Both the position numbers and the translations under genes were made by a program. 64,000 nucleotides of DNA. It comes from a virus. A model generated the notes under the pieces. It did not search any database. It saw only the letters and a program-made list of their open reading frames with translations, and was not told the origin of the DNA. Shown here in pieces: positions 8,919-17,830 of the stretch; within the stretch, counting starts at the first letter, position 1; each line of letters begins with the position of its first letter. The stretch lies in IMG/VR virus record IMGVR_UViG_3300019132_000038. One strand, given 5' to 3'.

Positions 8919-9177
8919 TAAAGATAAAACGGTTTAACACATTACCTACAAGAACAAATAGATTCCCTTTTGAAAGTTTGTAAGTTGATAAATCGTTAGA
9001 ATAAAAAAGTATTTTATAACCTTTCTTTACTAAAGAAGAAATCAACTCATACTTTATTTCTTCTCCAACTTCATCTAATAAAACCTGATCTAAACACAAT
9101 CCTACAAAAAGCTCCATATCTAGTTCACCCATCGCTGCCTTATCCTTCGCTTCCTGTAATGTTACGGATATACACAT
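8878..9177 (-). CDS. hypothetical protein
   Basis: 99-aa ORF with RBS-like purine tract. Confidence 0.65.
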   Translation of the reverse strand: MCISVTLQEAKDKAAMGELDMELFVGLCLDQVLLDEVGEEIKYELISSLVKKGYKILFYSNDLSTYKLSKGNLFVLVGNVLNRFIFSVYEEGLYDQKNV

Positions 9178-9659
9178 ATTACCTTTCCCCTTTCCCTATG
9201 TTTATAAATATAAGAAAGCAAAGTGAGGGAGTGGGAACGTGCTAACTCCCCCTCTAGGCATCCACATCAGCGCAAAGTAAACTGAGCAAAATTACCCCAA
9301 GTTTACAGAAAAATAAAAAGGCTTCTTTGGCACAAGGTACACCGCCAAAGCATTCCTTTTCTTTAGTGAGAAGCTGAGAAAGTAATCAATATCATAGTTT
9401 GATTATCCTTAACAGCTACAACAGAATAGAGTTTACAACCTTTTTTATCGTGTCCTCTAAATACGCTATAAATATAACCTTTCATTTCGCAGAACCCTAA
9501 GTATTCTCCTTGTTTTTTAATAGTCTCAAATGTCATATCTAAATACCTCCTAAATTATTCGTTTTTTATTCGATAAGTGTTTGATTCCCCTCTAGGGGGG
9601 AGAAGTATATATTCTAAATAAACACGGACGTTTTCATTAAAATAAAAAGGAAATGTTCG

Positions 9660-10080
9660 TCAATAGACATACCTCCTTTGTTTTTCCTGTGTATATCCCC
9701 CACAGGCAGGGTTGGCTTTGATTGAAGCATTCCACCTGCTTCTGCGTGTTGTGCATCACGCCTACCGGTACGTGGGGTGTCCACTAACCACATCCATGGC
9801 AATACCGGTAATTAAGATGATCTAGGTTTTCCTACGACCTTCGACCTTTATACACTTACCTGTGTATCGGCACTCCTAACGGTGCCTTTGCCTAACGGTA
9901 GGGTGAGCTAGGCTGCAACCCATTTGTGCCACGCCCACAAATGGCCCTGTCGGGTTGGGAAGTTGCCTTATCACCCTCCTGCACCTCTTCCTGCGGTGCA
10001 GTCGGGCTTGTCACTCCACTTAGAGACCCCTTTGCATACCCCCTAAGCTTCGTGACAAGGGCTATCACAGCCTAGCTCAC
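9660..10080 (-). ncRNA. candidate structured non-coding RNA
   Basis: GC-rich; 13-bp inverted repeat GTGAGCTAGGCTG (9903-9915) / CAGCCTAGCTCAC (10068-10080) enclosing and flanked by several hairpins. Confidence 0.35.
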
Positions 10081-10715
10081 TAGGCCACGATAATGGAATA
10101 AGGAAGCACAAATCCAAAAGCTGTAACAAAGATGCCAAGATAAGAAAGACCTAAAAGAACAAACGGAAAGATAGCGACTGTAACAAGAGAAGTAGTAGCC
10201 GCTACAACAAGCTGCTTCACACTTGGTTTCTTCTTTTTCTTCTTTGCTAATAAGTAAGAAACGGCTAAAGCAGCCAGAGAAATACCAGCACCTACTGCTA
10301 CCGCAGAAACAGTAGAAGCTGTGACTGCACCGGCTACAAGAACAGAACCGGAAGCAAAAGCAATGGTATCACCCTGAGATACAAAGAAATCCTTCAATTT
10401 CTTAGCAGCACGTTTAATTAAAGACCAAAGACTAGTAGATGACTCCTTTACTGCTTGTTTAAAGCCCTTTTCCTTTGCCTTATTAAGAGCTTCTTTAGCT
10501 TTCTCCTTTGCAACCTTTGTTGCCTTACCTGCTTTCTCTTTCACATTTTTCATAACCATTTCCCCTTTCTTGCTAATTGTGTTTACAGTAGATTGATGGT
10601 TTTGGTGTTTAGAACAATAAAAAGCACCAGGTATCAATACTGGTGTGTCACATAAAGCGCATGTCACCCCCTTATTCTCCTTCTCATTTCCTACTTGGAT
10701 GATGTTGTTTTGCAT
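10080..10715 (-). CDS. membrane protein with N-terminal CxxC...CxxH
   Basis: CALC...CSKH, Lys-rich linker, several hydrophobic helices; probable ATG at 10715 after AAGGAGG. Confidence 0.7.
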   Translation of the reverse strand: MQNNIIQVGNEKENKGVTCALCDTPVLIPGAFYCSKHQNHQSTVNTISKKGEMVMKNVKEKAGKATKVAKEKAKEALNKAKEKGFKQAVKESSTSLWSLIKRAAKKLKDFFVSQGDTIAFASGSVLVAGAVTASTVSAVAVGAGISLAALAVSYLLAKKKKKKPSVKQLVVAATTSLVTVAIFPFVLLGLSYLGIFVTAFGFVLPYSIIVA

Positions 10716-10982
10716 AATCCATTCCTCCTTTAGATTTTTAAAAATGTGTTGGTGGTGATGGTTGCTTGCGCCTCCGCTAATGCGGCAACCCCACGCCATT
10801 CAGCAGCCACGCCCTGCTCGGAGTGGGTGGGGCGACGAACGCCATCAGAGGCGCACAACCAACAACCACGTATCCCTCGCAATTTTTTTTTAAAATTTTT
10901 CCCTATATAGGCGTTTCCCTAAGTTTGTGGGCCTGCCTCAAAATTTTTTTATCCAATTTTCTGCCTATTTAGTGTTTCCCTA

Positions 10983-11012
10983 TGTTATAATAGTTTCATG
11001 TAATGCATTACA
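10983..11012 (+). promoter_or_regulatory. extended -10 promoter with palindromic operator
   Basis: TGTTATAAT (10983-10991) followed by the perfect palindrome TGTAATGCATTACA (10999-11012). Confidence 0.65.
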
Positions 11013-11024
11013 ATAAAGGGAGAG

Positions 11025-11294
11025 ATGATTATGGCGGCAGAAACTATGGTTCAACGAATACTCAGAATGATTAATGAGGAATTGAAGTTCCTGTATGAAG
11101 AGATGAGGGATCTTGATCGTAGGTATATTGAATGTCAGAAGAAAGTACGTGAACTCAAAAAGACAAAGGAATTAATCGAAAAAGAACTGATGGGACAGAC
11201 AAACACCCAAGCAATCGACAAGCCAACACCTCCCCCGATCCGCAGTATTACAGAAGAAATCAACTTCACAACAACTTACCCAAGCAATGAATAG
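11025..11294 (+). CDS. hypothetical coiled-coil protein
   Basis: 89-aa ORF with RBS. Confidence 0.7.
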   Translation: MIMAAETMVQRILRMINEELKFLYEEMRDLDRRYIECQKKVRELKKTKELIEKELMGQTNTQAIDKPTPPPIRSITEEINFTTTYPSNE

Positions 11295-11313
11295 AAAAGG
11301 AGGATAACCTTTC

Positions 11314-11652
11314 ATGTCTGAAACAAAAAAGCATTTATTGTATGAAAAAGTACTTCCAATTGTAAACGAGTGTGAGTTTTTGCAATTAAAGCCAGAAGAT
11401 GTTGCGGTAGTTGCTGTCATTAGAGAGTTCGTGAAATCATATCAAAGCGAACAATACCTGCAGCGGGAGATTAAAAAGCTAAATCAAAGAAAGCAAAAAA
11501 TGGAGATAGAGGTTCTTGAAGAACTAGAAAACCAACAAGAACTATTAATGGTTTTAGAGAAAATCTCAAATCCTGAGCAACTAAAACGATTAAGGAAGCA
11601 GGCCGAGGAATTTCGGGTTATTAGTGAAAATAAAGAGGAAAAGGAGAAGTAG
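11314..11652 (+). CDS. hypothetical protein
   Basis: 112-aa ORF, AAGGAGG RBS. Confidence 0.75.
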   Translation: MSETKKHLLYEKVLPIVNECEFLQLKPEDVAVVAVIREFVKSYQSEQYLQREIKKLNQRKQKMEIEVLEELENQQELLMVLEKISNPEQLKRLRKQAEEFRVISENKEEKEK

Positions 11653-11654
11653 GT

Positions 11655-12026
11655 ATGAGTGCAGTATATGCAAATGAACAGATAGCAACACCACTAGATA
11701 TGTGGAGTGCTATCTCTCATCGATATTCGGATTTTACAGAGGAAAAGGTAATTGAAGAATGTCGCATATGTTTAGATATTCAAGAAGGTCAAGAGTCGTT
11801 TGTAGAGTTATCTTACTACGAACTAACAAATCCAGAAGTGATTTATGACGAGGAGCCAAAAATCAAACGATTCCGCTTACAACCTCATGAGGTCCAGGAA
11901 ATGTTTAGAGAAATAAAAGAAATTATAGAGTTGCCATCTTGTGTATATAAGTTGTATACGGAGTTAAATTCTCATCGAATACCTGTCTTCCGAATCGAAA
12001 TGACTCCTATTCTCAAAAGTGTATAG
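11655..12026 (+). CDS. hypothetical protein
   Basis: 123-aa ORF, AAGGAG RBS. Confidence 0.75.
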   Translation: MSAVYANEQIATPLDMWSAISHRYSDFTEEKVIEECRICLDIQEGQESFVELSYYELTNPEVIYDEEPKIKRFRLQPHEVQEMFREIKEIIELPSCVYKLYTELNSHRIPVFRIEMTPILKSV

Positions 12027-12265
12027 TTCATTGATTTAAACAAACTTGAGGAACAACCTTAGTAAAACATAGGGAAAAACCTTACGAAAAAATTTTCGGT
12101 CGGGCTTCGCCCAATTATTAGGGTTTGGGCATTAAGGGGGAGAATCAATGACCTATTTTGCAATACACCGCAGAATGCTCATTGAACGGTTTATTCGAGC
12201 GGAATTGTACTCTCGTATCAATCGGGAAATCTTGATGAAATGCCAAAAGAAGGGGAGTAGACAAA

Positions 12266-12928
12266 GTGGAACTCATAGCACAGTATATCGAAATTGATGA
12301 ACCCAGAAGAGTAGATTTGCGGTTTTTAGATGTTCCTCCGATGTGGAGAGCCTTTCATGAAAGTACAGAACATAAAATCAGTATATTTGCAGGAAGGCAA
12401 ATGGGGAAAACATATAACTTAGCTTTACGGGCTGTTCGCTCTATGTATGATTGTGTCGTGTATGTGCGTGATCATTATATGGTAAAGAGTATGGCCAACT
12501 TGATTGCTGATCTCAGTCCAGAATCTCCTGTCATAAGGATGTGTTCGAATTATGCTAGTGTTATATTGGGTACCGGGAGACACATTGACATTTATGCCTT
12601 TTCTGCACCTAACATCCGTGGAAAACGATTTATGATGAAAGAAGTTTTGATAGATGAGTTCGATTGCGAAAGGTTTGAAATATTGTTAGAAAGAGTAAAG
12701 TTTGAGCTCGATCGTGCGATACATGTAGTATGTGTAGGAACTCCAAGTATAAGTCCTGACACACCGGGAAAACGATGGTTTAAGGAATCAGGAACAAAAT
12801 ATTATATTGATATGATTCATGTTCCAGAAGATATGGAGCAATGGGCACATGTATATGAATATCGTCCGAGTGCTCTCCAGAATGTTATTGATCGTCTTCC
12901 ACCATTAGAGTATGATTATTCTTTTTAA
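12266..12928 (+). CDS. stand-alone terminase-like ATPase domain protein
   Basis: AGRQMGKT (Walker A), IRG, VLIDEFD (Walker B), VVCVGTP (motif III); only 220 aa, no nuclease domain. Confidence 0.7.
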   Translation: MELIAQYIEIDEPRRVDLRFLDVPPMWRAFHESTEHKISIFAGRQMGKTYNLALRAVRSMYDCVVYVRDHYMVKSMANLIADLSPESPVIRMCSNYASVILGTGRHIDIYAFSAPNIRGKRFMMKEVLIDEFDCERFEILLERVKFELDRAIHVVCVGTPSISPDTPGKRWFKESGTKYYIDMIHVPEDMEQWAHVYEYRPSALQNVIDRLPPLEYDYSF

Positions 12929-12945
12929 TTTTTTCTATAAAACTA

Positions 12946-12974
12946 TTGAAATGCATTACAAGAAATAGTATATT
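12946..12974 (+). promoter_or_regulatory. sigmaA-type promoter overlapped by operator copy
   Basis: TTGAAA-17-TATATT; TGAAATGCATTACA at 12947-12960. Confidence 0.5.
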
Positions 12975-13320
12975 ATAGATGGGTGGTTTATTCCGATTAC
13001 GGCACATGGATATGTGCTTCTCCTCTCCCAATTGTCTGGCGGTTATCGCCGTTTCCGGAGGGCCCACTCATCAACCACATCCTCTTTAATTATATATTTT
13101 TGGAGTGGGCCTACTTAAATCTGATACATGGGTAGATCATGAATTGTAGCGGTAAGACACTCCTGCTTAGGAGACACCAGACAGGTGGCAAACATCATAC
13201 ATGAAAGGCTTTTCTTGTTTGAGCCTTATCAAGCAAGTGGTGAGCCATTTGAAATAACCCTTTCATATTTATAGCCATGAAGGAACACACTCCAGTAACC
13301 CACGGGTCTGGAGTCCCCAT

Positions 13321-13395
13321 TGCCTAGTAGCTCAGTGGTAGAGCAATCGGCTGTTAACCGATCGGTCGCAGGTTCGAATCCTGCCTAGGCAGCCA
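13321..13395 (+). tRNA. trnN: tRNA-Asn (GTT)
   Basis: Acceptor stem TGCCTAG/CTAGGCA, D-arm with GGTAGAGC, anticodon arm ATCGG-CTGTTAA-CCGAT, GGTTCGAATCC T-arm, encoded CCA. Confidence 0.95.
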
Positions 13396-14340
13396 ACCTC
13401 TATTCTAAAAGATTGAAATAAATTATACAGTGGCTGAATAATGGATTGGCAGTCCATAAGGCAGTCATGATGCCTGGGATGAGAAACAGTTGTCTGAGAT
13501 GGCAGAGATCATCCTTTGAGACTTGATGAAGTCGAATGGTATGTAGGTGTTCCATTTATATAAGAAGCTTAATGCACTCTAGCTGGCCGGCGTGATAGGG
13601 GAGGATAAAGAGTGGTTAATACGTAATCCCACGCCCCAACGGTAAAGCGTTATCGTGGTTGATGTGTTGAAAGGCACTATAAGGCACGCTAGAGGTGCTG
13701 TCGCATAAAACCACGAACTCGATGGACTAGTATACAGTATGTGACATTTGAATCTAATCCACGCCATGTGACAGTTATGGGTAATCAATCCCATCCAAGA
13801 TAACGAGGTAATGTGGAGTAGGAGTAGCTAACCTACAAGAGCATTATTCTCCTTGGTGGCAGAAAGAAGTGCTTATATAAATGGTTGGAGGTGGAATCCT
13901 CCTTGTATAATTTATTTGAGTCTTTTAGTAAGAGGCTCAAGTGTTTTGATACTATGGGTTGTAAAGCCCACCACCTTTCTTTTTTGTATATAAGTCAACA
14001 ACTCCTTTCGACATGGCAGGATTTTTTCCTCATTATTAAGGTATTATGAGTGAGGTTTTTGCCTGCCACACCATATTAATAGTTACACCAATTTAGGTGT
14101 TAACTATAGATTCATACCTTGTACGACGCATTAATAATACCTCCGGGGCATATAAGAGGGAGATTTTTACTGTTGGTCTGCACAGGTTTTTGCTCCCCGC
14201 CCTAAAGGGCATTCGAGGTTTTTATGACATCTCCTTTTTCCCTTGAGTGCCTTTTAGGGTGTGGGGTATATGCTCAATCCCAACTGCCCACCTCTAGGTA
14301 TTGTTGTGTCTTACGAGTAACTTGTGCCAATTTGAATGGG

Positions 14341-14378
14341 AAAAAGCACTAGAACGTGTATAGATTCTAGTGCTTTTT
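14341..14378. terminator. bidirectional terminator-like hairpin
   Basis: AAAAAGCACTAGAA/TTCTAGTGCTTTTT, flanked by A and T tracts. Confidence 0.7.
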
Positions 14379-14467
14379 CTTTTTTTATTTTTTAGATTTA
14401 TTAATTTTATATTTTAATAATTTATTTTTTAAGTTTTTATTTTTTCTTGTAATGCTCGTCTATAGTA

Positions 14468-14496
14468 TTGAAAACCTAGGGAAACTGTGGTAATAT
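14468..14496 (+). promoter_or_regulatory. sigmaA-type promoter of the partition operon
   Basis: TTGAAA-17-TAATAT with TG extension. Confidence 0.55.
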
Positions 14497-14505
14497 TATC
14501 ATCAG

Positions 14506-14541
14506 TTAGACATATTAGACAAATTAGACAGGATAGACAAA
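14506..14541 (+). repeat. four 9-bp direct repeats, parC-like centromere/operator
   Basis: TTAGACATA TTAGACAAA TTAGACAGG ATAGACAAA between promoter and RBS of the actin-like gene. Confidence 0.65.
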
Positions 14542-14558
14542 AAATGGAGGTATGATAA

Positions 14559-15746
14559 ATGATGCAAACTGAATATCGTGCTAAGCCAGGAAAAGCTTCC
14601 AAGAAGCAAGTAGAATCGATGCCTTTGTTGGTATCTATTGATGTAGGTTTTGGTGAATTGAAACGGTTATCCAATATCTTTCCGCACCCAGTAGCGATTC
14701 CAAGTGCAGTGGTTCCTGGGGCAAAACCAGCATCTAGTCGTTTATTTGAGCTTCAAACGATTGATGATGATAGTTTGATTGTCACAACAGAAGATGGAAC
14801 ATTCTTTGTTGGAAAGCAAGCCATGCATGTGCCAACAAGCGGAAGTAAGCGTACACAGGTGCGTGATCGTGCAAATGACATGATGAGTCGTGTACTATTC
14901 CAAACAGGCATTGCGTTAAGTGTTCCACATGAAGATGGAGAGTACAAGGTATTTGTTGTAACAGGGCTACCAAATGATGATTACGATTTATCCGTGAAAA
15001 AGAATCTAGAAGAATTCTTGCATCGCTCTTTTGTTGTGCAATTCCATCTTAGTGAAACACGCACGATTACAAAAACCATTCATGTGGTTGGAGTTGAAAT
15101 TTTACGTCAGCCGGAAGGTTCGGTGACTTATAATCAGTTTGATTTTGATGTAGAACGCTTCCTAGTTCCAAGTCCAAATGCTCGTCGCACATTAGGTATT
15201 ATTGATTTTGGTCATTTTACGACAGATTACGCTTTATTCCGTGATGGTATTTTGATTGAAGATGCAACCATCAATGGGTCTGCTGTAGGAGTGACGGAGG
15301 TTTATAATAAGCTGCGTCGTCGTCTTATTGTAAAATTTGATGAAATGGGATATGAATACCGTCCAACGGATGAAGATTTGGATATGGCGGTGCGTACGCA
15401 TAAGATTCATTATATGAATCAGGAGTTTGATGTATCTAAGGAAGTCCAAGAAAGTGCTAAAGAAGTGGCAGCCATTATTGCAAAAGAAGTATTGGATGCA
15501 TGGGGGAACGAGACAAATCGATTGGAATCTATTATCGTTTCCGGTGGCGGCTCTCACGTCTTTTCGAATTACTTGTTAGAGGAGTTTAAGATTCGTAAAA
15601 AACAAGGTTTCCATGTGATTGATGCACCACAATTTAGTAATGTCATTGGATTCTATATGTACGGTTGCATTGCGTTATCTGATGAATATTCATCTGAAGC
15701 ACTCTTTAGTGAATATATTAATCCAGTATTTGTGGAGGCTTTATAA
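14559..15746 (+). CDS. ParM/StbA-family actin-like ATPase
   Basis: SIDVGFGELK, QPEG, IIDFGHFTTD, VSGGGS actin-fold motifs. Confidence 0.9.
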   Translation: MMQTEYRAKPGKASKKQVESMPLLVSIDVGFGELKRLSNIFPHPVAIPSAVVPGAKPASSRLFELQTIDDDSLIVTTEDGTFFVGKQAMHVPTSGSKRTQVRDRANDMMSRVLFQTGIALSVPHEDGEYKVFVVTGLPNDDYDLSVKKNLEEFLHRSFVVQFHLSETRTITKTIHVVGVEILRQPEGSVTYNQFDFDVERFLVPSPNARRTLGIIDFGHFTTDYALFRDGILIEDATINGSAVGVTEVYNKLRRRLIVKFDEMGYEYRPTDEDLDMAVRTHKIHYMNQEFDVSKEVQESAKEVAAIIAKEVLDAWGNETNRLESIIVSGGGSHVFSNYLLEEFKIRKKQGFHVIDAPQFSNVIGFYMYGCIALSDEYSSEALFSEYINPVFVEAL

Positions 15747-15934
15747 TGGCAAAGGATAGATTATACGCTCGAATTCGGGAAGACGACGTAATCATTCGAG
15801 AGCATTTTGCCAATATTAAGCCGAGTGACCATCCATATGAAATTAGAAGATTATTAGAAAAAGCGATACTGATTGAAAGAAAAGAGAAGGAAATACTTGA
15901 AAAAGTGGAAATTCGCATAGGGCAGGACTCATAA
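15746..15934 (+). CDS. ParR-like small DNA-binding adaptor (RHH-like)
   Basis: 62 aa, TAATG-coupled to the actin gene; N-terminal beta-strand (RLYARIR) then helices. Confidence 0.55.
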   Translation: MAKDRLYARIREDDVIIREHFANIKPSDHPYEIRRLLEKAILIERKEKEILEKVEIRIGQDS

Positions 15935-15951
15935 TCGGGTCCTGCCTTTTT
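15921..15951 (+). terminator. intrinsic terminator
   Basis: GGCAGGACTC/GGGTCCTGCC plus TTTTT. Confidence 0.75.
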
Positions 15952-16102
15952 GTATGAGCGGACACCCAATTACAGAAAAAATTCAAGACCTAGTAAAATA
16001 ATGGTTAAGGAGATACTGCACCACCTCATATAGCACCGATGGGGATTAGGAGGATTGAGATGGGTATCTCCTTTTTGTGTACACAAAAGGGAGGAACAAA
16101 CG

Positions 16103-16852
16103 ATGAGTAAAACAGGACCAAAAACGGAGGCAGGATTGCAAGCTGTTTCAGAACACGCCCGTAATCTGGATCACTCTGCATGGACTCAAAATCCAGAAGC
16201 CGTTCAAGCTATTGAGATAGCTAAACGATTACGCCAAACCAAACATGGCATGTATGCTGCGGTGCCGATTATTTGTAAAGCGGAAGCTTGCCCGTATGCA
16301 GAAGCATGTGAATTGCAGCAAATGGGGCTTGCTCCATACGGAGAAAAATGTCCAATGGAGATTGCGGCTATTGAGGATTTATTTCAGCGATATTGTCATG
16401 ATATGAAAATTGATCCGACAGACCCCGCTCAACAAGTAGACGCTATTATGGTCAAAGAAGTCGTAGACTTAGATATTGCCATGCTTCGATGTGATAAAAA
16501 AATTGCCATTAGTGCAGATTATATTATTGAGAACGTAGTCGGAGTTAACGAGGATGGAGAGGCCATTACTCGTCAAGAATTGCATCCGTTAACAGAGTAT
16601 AAAGAAAAGCTACGAGCCCAAAAGTATAAAACATTGAGTTTATTGAACTCTACACGAAAAGATAAACAAGGTTCTAAAGTGCATGTGGTTCTTGACCCAT
16701 CCGAACGAGCAGCTCAATTGATTAAATTGAAAGAGGACATGAAGCTGATTGAACAACAAGAGGAAGATGCGGAAAAAGCGTATTATGAAAAAATGCGTCG
16801 TTTACAAAAGACTGTGATTGATGTCGAACCGATTATCGAAGATGCGGAATAA
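16103..16852 (+). CDS. probable terminase small subunit / Cys-cluster DNA-binding protein
   Basis: TKHGMYA motif, CxxxxCP..C..CP cluster, first gene of the morphogenesis operon; ATG 16103 with GGAGG RBS. Confidence 0.45.
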   Translation: MSKTGPKTEAGLQAVSEHARNLDHSAWTQNPEAVQAIEIAKRLRQTKHGMYAAVPIICKAEACPYAEACELQQMGLAPYGEKCPMEIAAIEDLFQRYCHDMKIDPTDPAQQVDAIMVKEVVDLDIAMLRCDKKIAISADYIIENVVGVNEDGEAITRQELHPLTEYKEKLRAQKYKTLSLLNSTRKDKQGSKVHVVLDPSERAAQLIKLKEDMKLIEQQEEDAEKAYYEKMRRLQKTVIDVEPIIEDAE

Positions 16853-16866
16853 AAAGGAGGGATAGT

Positions 16867-17358
16867 ATGAGACAGGCATTTAGAAACGCCTTTTATCGTT
16901 CAGTCTTGAATCGGGCGACTCCCTATCAAAAAACCGACTTAAAAGAAAATGCGAAAGAGCTAAAAACGCACTTCAGAGAAATAGGAGAAACCGTCCGAAA
17001 TCATGTCAGAGATAATTATAACCCCAAAGATCCTTTCTTTATGAAAGATCCTCAAGGACGCAACATTAATAACTTATGGACCGGATACAAGCTCGGTGGA
17101 AAAGGAAATTTACTAGCTGCAGGAAGCATCTTAGGTGGAGGTACAATTATCGCCACCAATCCACGTCATTATCAATCTTTGTATAATCAAGCATATTACA
17201 TTCCAGCCATGAGCGAAGAATTGGATGTAGAATCATTGCCTTCTACACGAGCGGATGGAGTAGGATATCAAGCAGCAATAGGAAACAATCCTATGTTAAC
17301 TACATCAGGTGATTTGGTGTTTGCGATGCACAAAACTCGTCATACCGGTCAATTTTAA
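16867..17358 (+). CDS. hypothetical protein with Gly-rich hydrophobic segment
   Basis: 163 aa, AAGGAGG RBS. Confidence 0.75.
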   Translation: MRQAFRNAFYRSVLNRATPYQKTDLKENAKELKTHFREIGETVRNHVRDNYNPKDPFFMKDPQGRNINNLWTGYKLGGKGNLLAAGSILGGGTIIATNPRHYQSLYNQAYYIPAMSEELDVESLPSTRADGVGYQAAIGNNPMLTTSGDLVFAMHKTRHTGQF

Positions 17359-17371
17359 AGGAGGTGTATAA

Positions 17372-17812
17372 ATGGCAGGAGTTCAGCAATCACCTAACAA
17401 TGCCGAAGGCCGTATTCATGAATTAAATAAAAAGGGGATTCGATTAGGTGGCGGTCTATTAAACTACGGTTTTATTGGTTTGGATACGGCTTTGCGAATG
17501 AAGGAAGGAGAATCCGCTCCTGTGGCAGTAGGGAAAGCTCTCTTAACCAATGCAGCTTTATCATTGCTTCCGGGTGGTTTACCGGCTGCACTAGGAGTTA
17601 TGGCTGTTGCCTCTGCTCCGGAATTGATGAATCAACTGGACCAAGCTGCCGGAGCTATAAATGCAAAGAAACGTCAATTTGGTGGGAACTTTCAAGAATC
17701 GGAATCTCAATTACGGATGATGCAACAGGGGTTATCTCGCATGCAAAATGCTCGGATGCATGCCGTTCGAAAAATGGCCAATCATGCAAGAGGAGCACAA
17801 AAGGTGTATTAG
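17372..17812 (+). CDS. hypothetical protein with Gly/Ala-rich hydrophobic helices
   Basis: 146 aa, AGGAGG RBS. Confidence 0.75.
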   Translation: MAGVQQSPNNAEGRIHELNKKGIRLGGGLLNYGFIGLDTALRMKEGESAPVAVGKALLTNAALSLLPGGLPAALGVMAVASAPELMNQLDQAAGAINAKKRQFGGNFQESESQLRMMQQGLSRMQNARMHAVRKMANHARGAQKVY

Positions 17813-17830
17813 AAGGAGAGGTGAAAAGAA

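Noticed and set aside
9614-9802. 62-aa ORF as a protein gene
   Set aside because: The only good RBS is before the last 18 codons; the upstream part lies in the structured element.
13140-13200. tRNA-like GCGGTAAGACACTCCTGCTTAGGAG segment
   Set aside because: No proper 7-nt anticodon loop, T-arm or acceptor stem; kept only as part of the structured region.
14506-14541. CRISPR array or other repeat-spacer structure anywhere in the window
   Set aside because: Only short tandem 9-bp repeats here; no 25-45 bp repeats with unique spacers and no cas genes.
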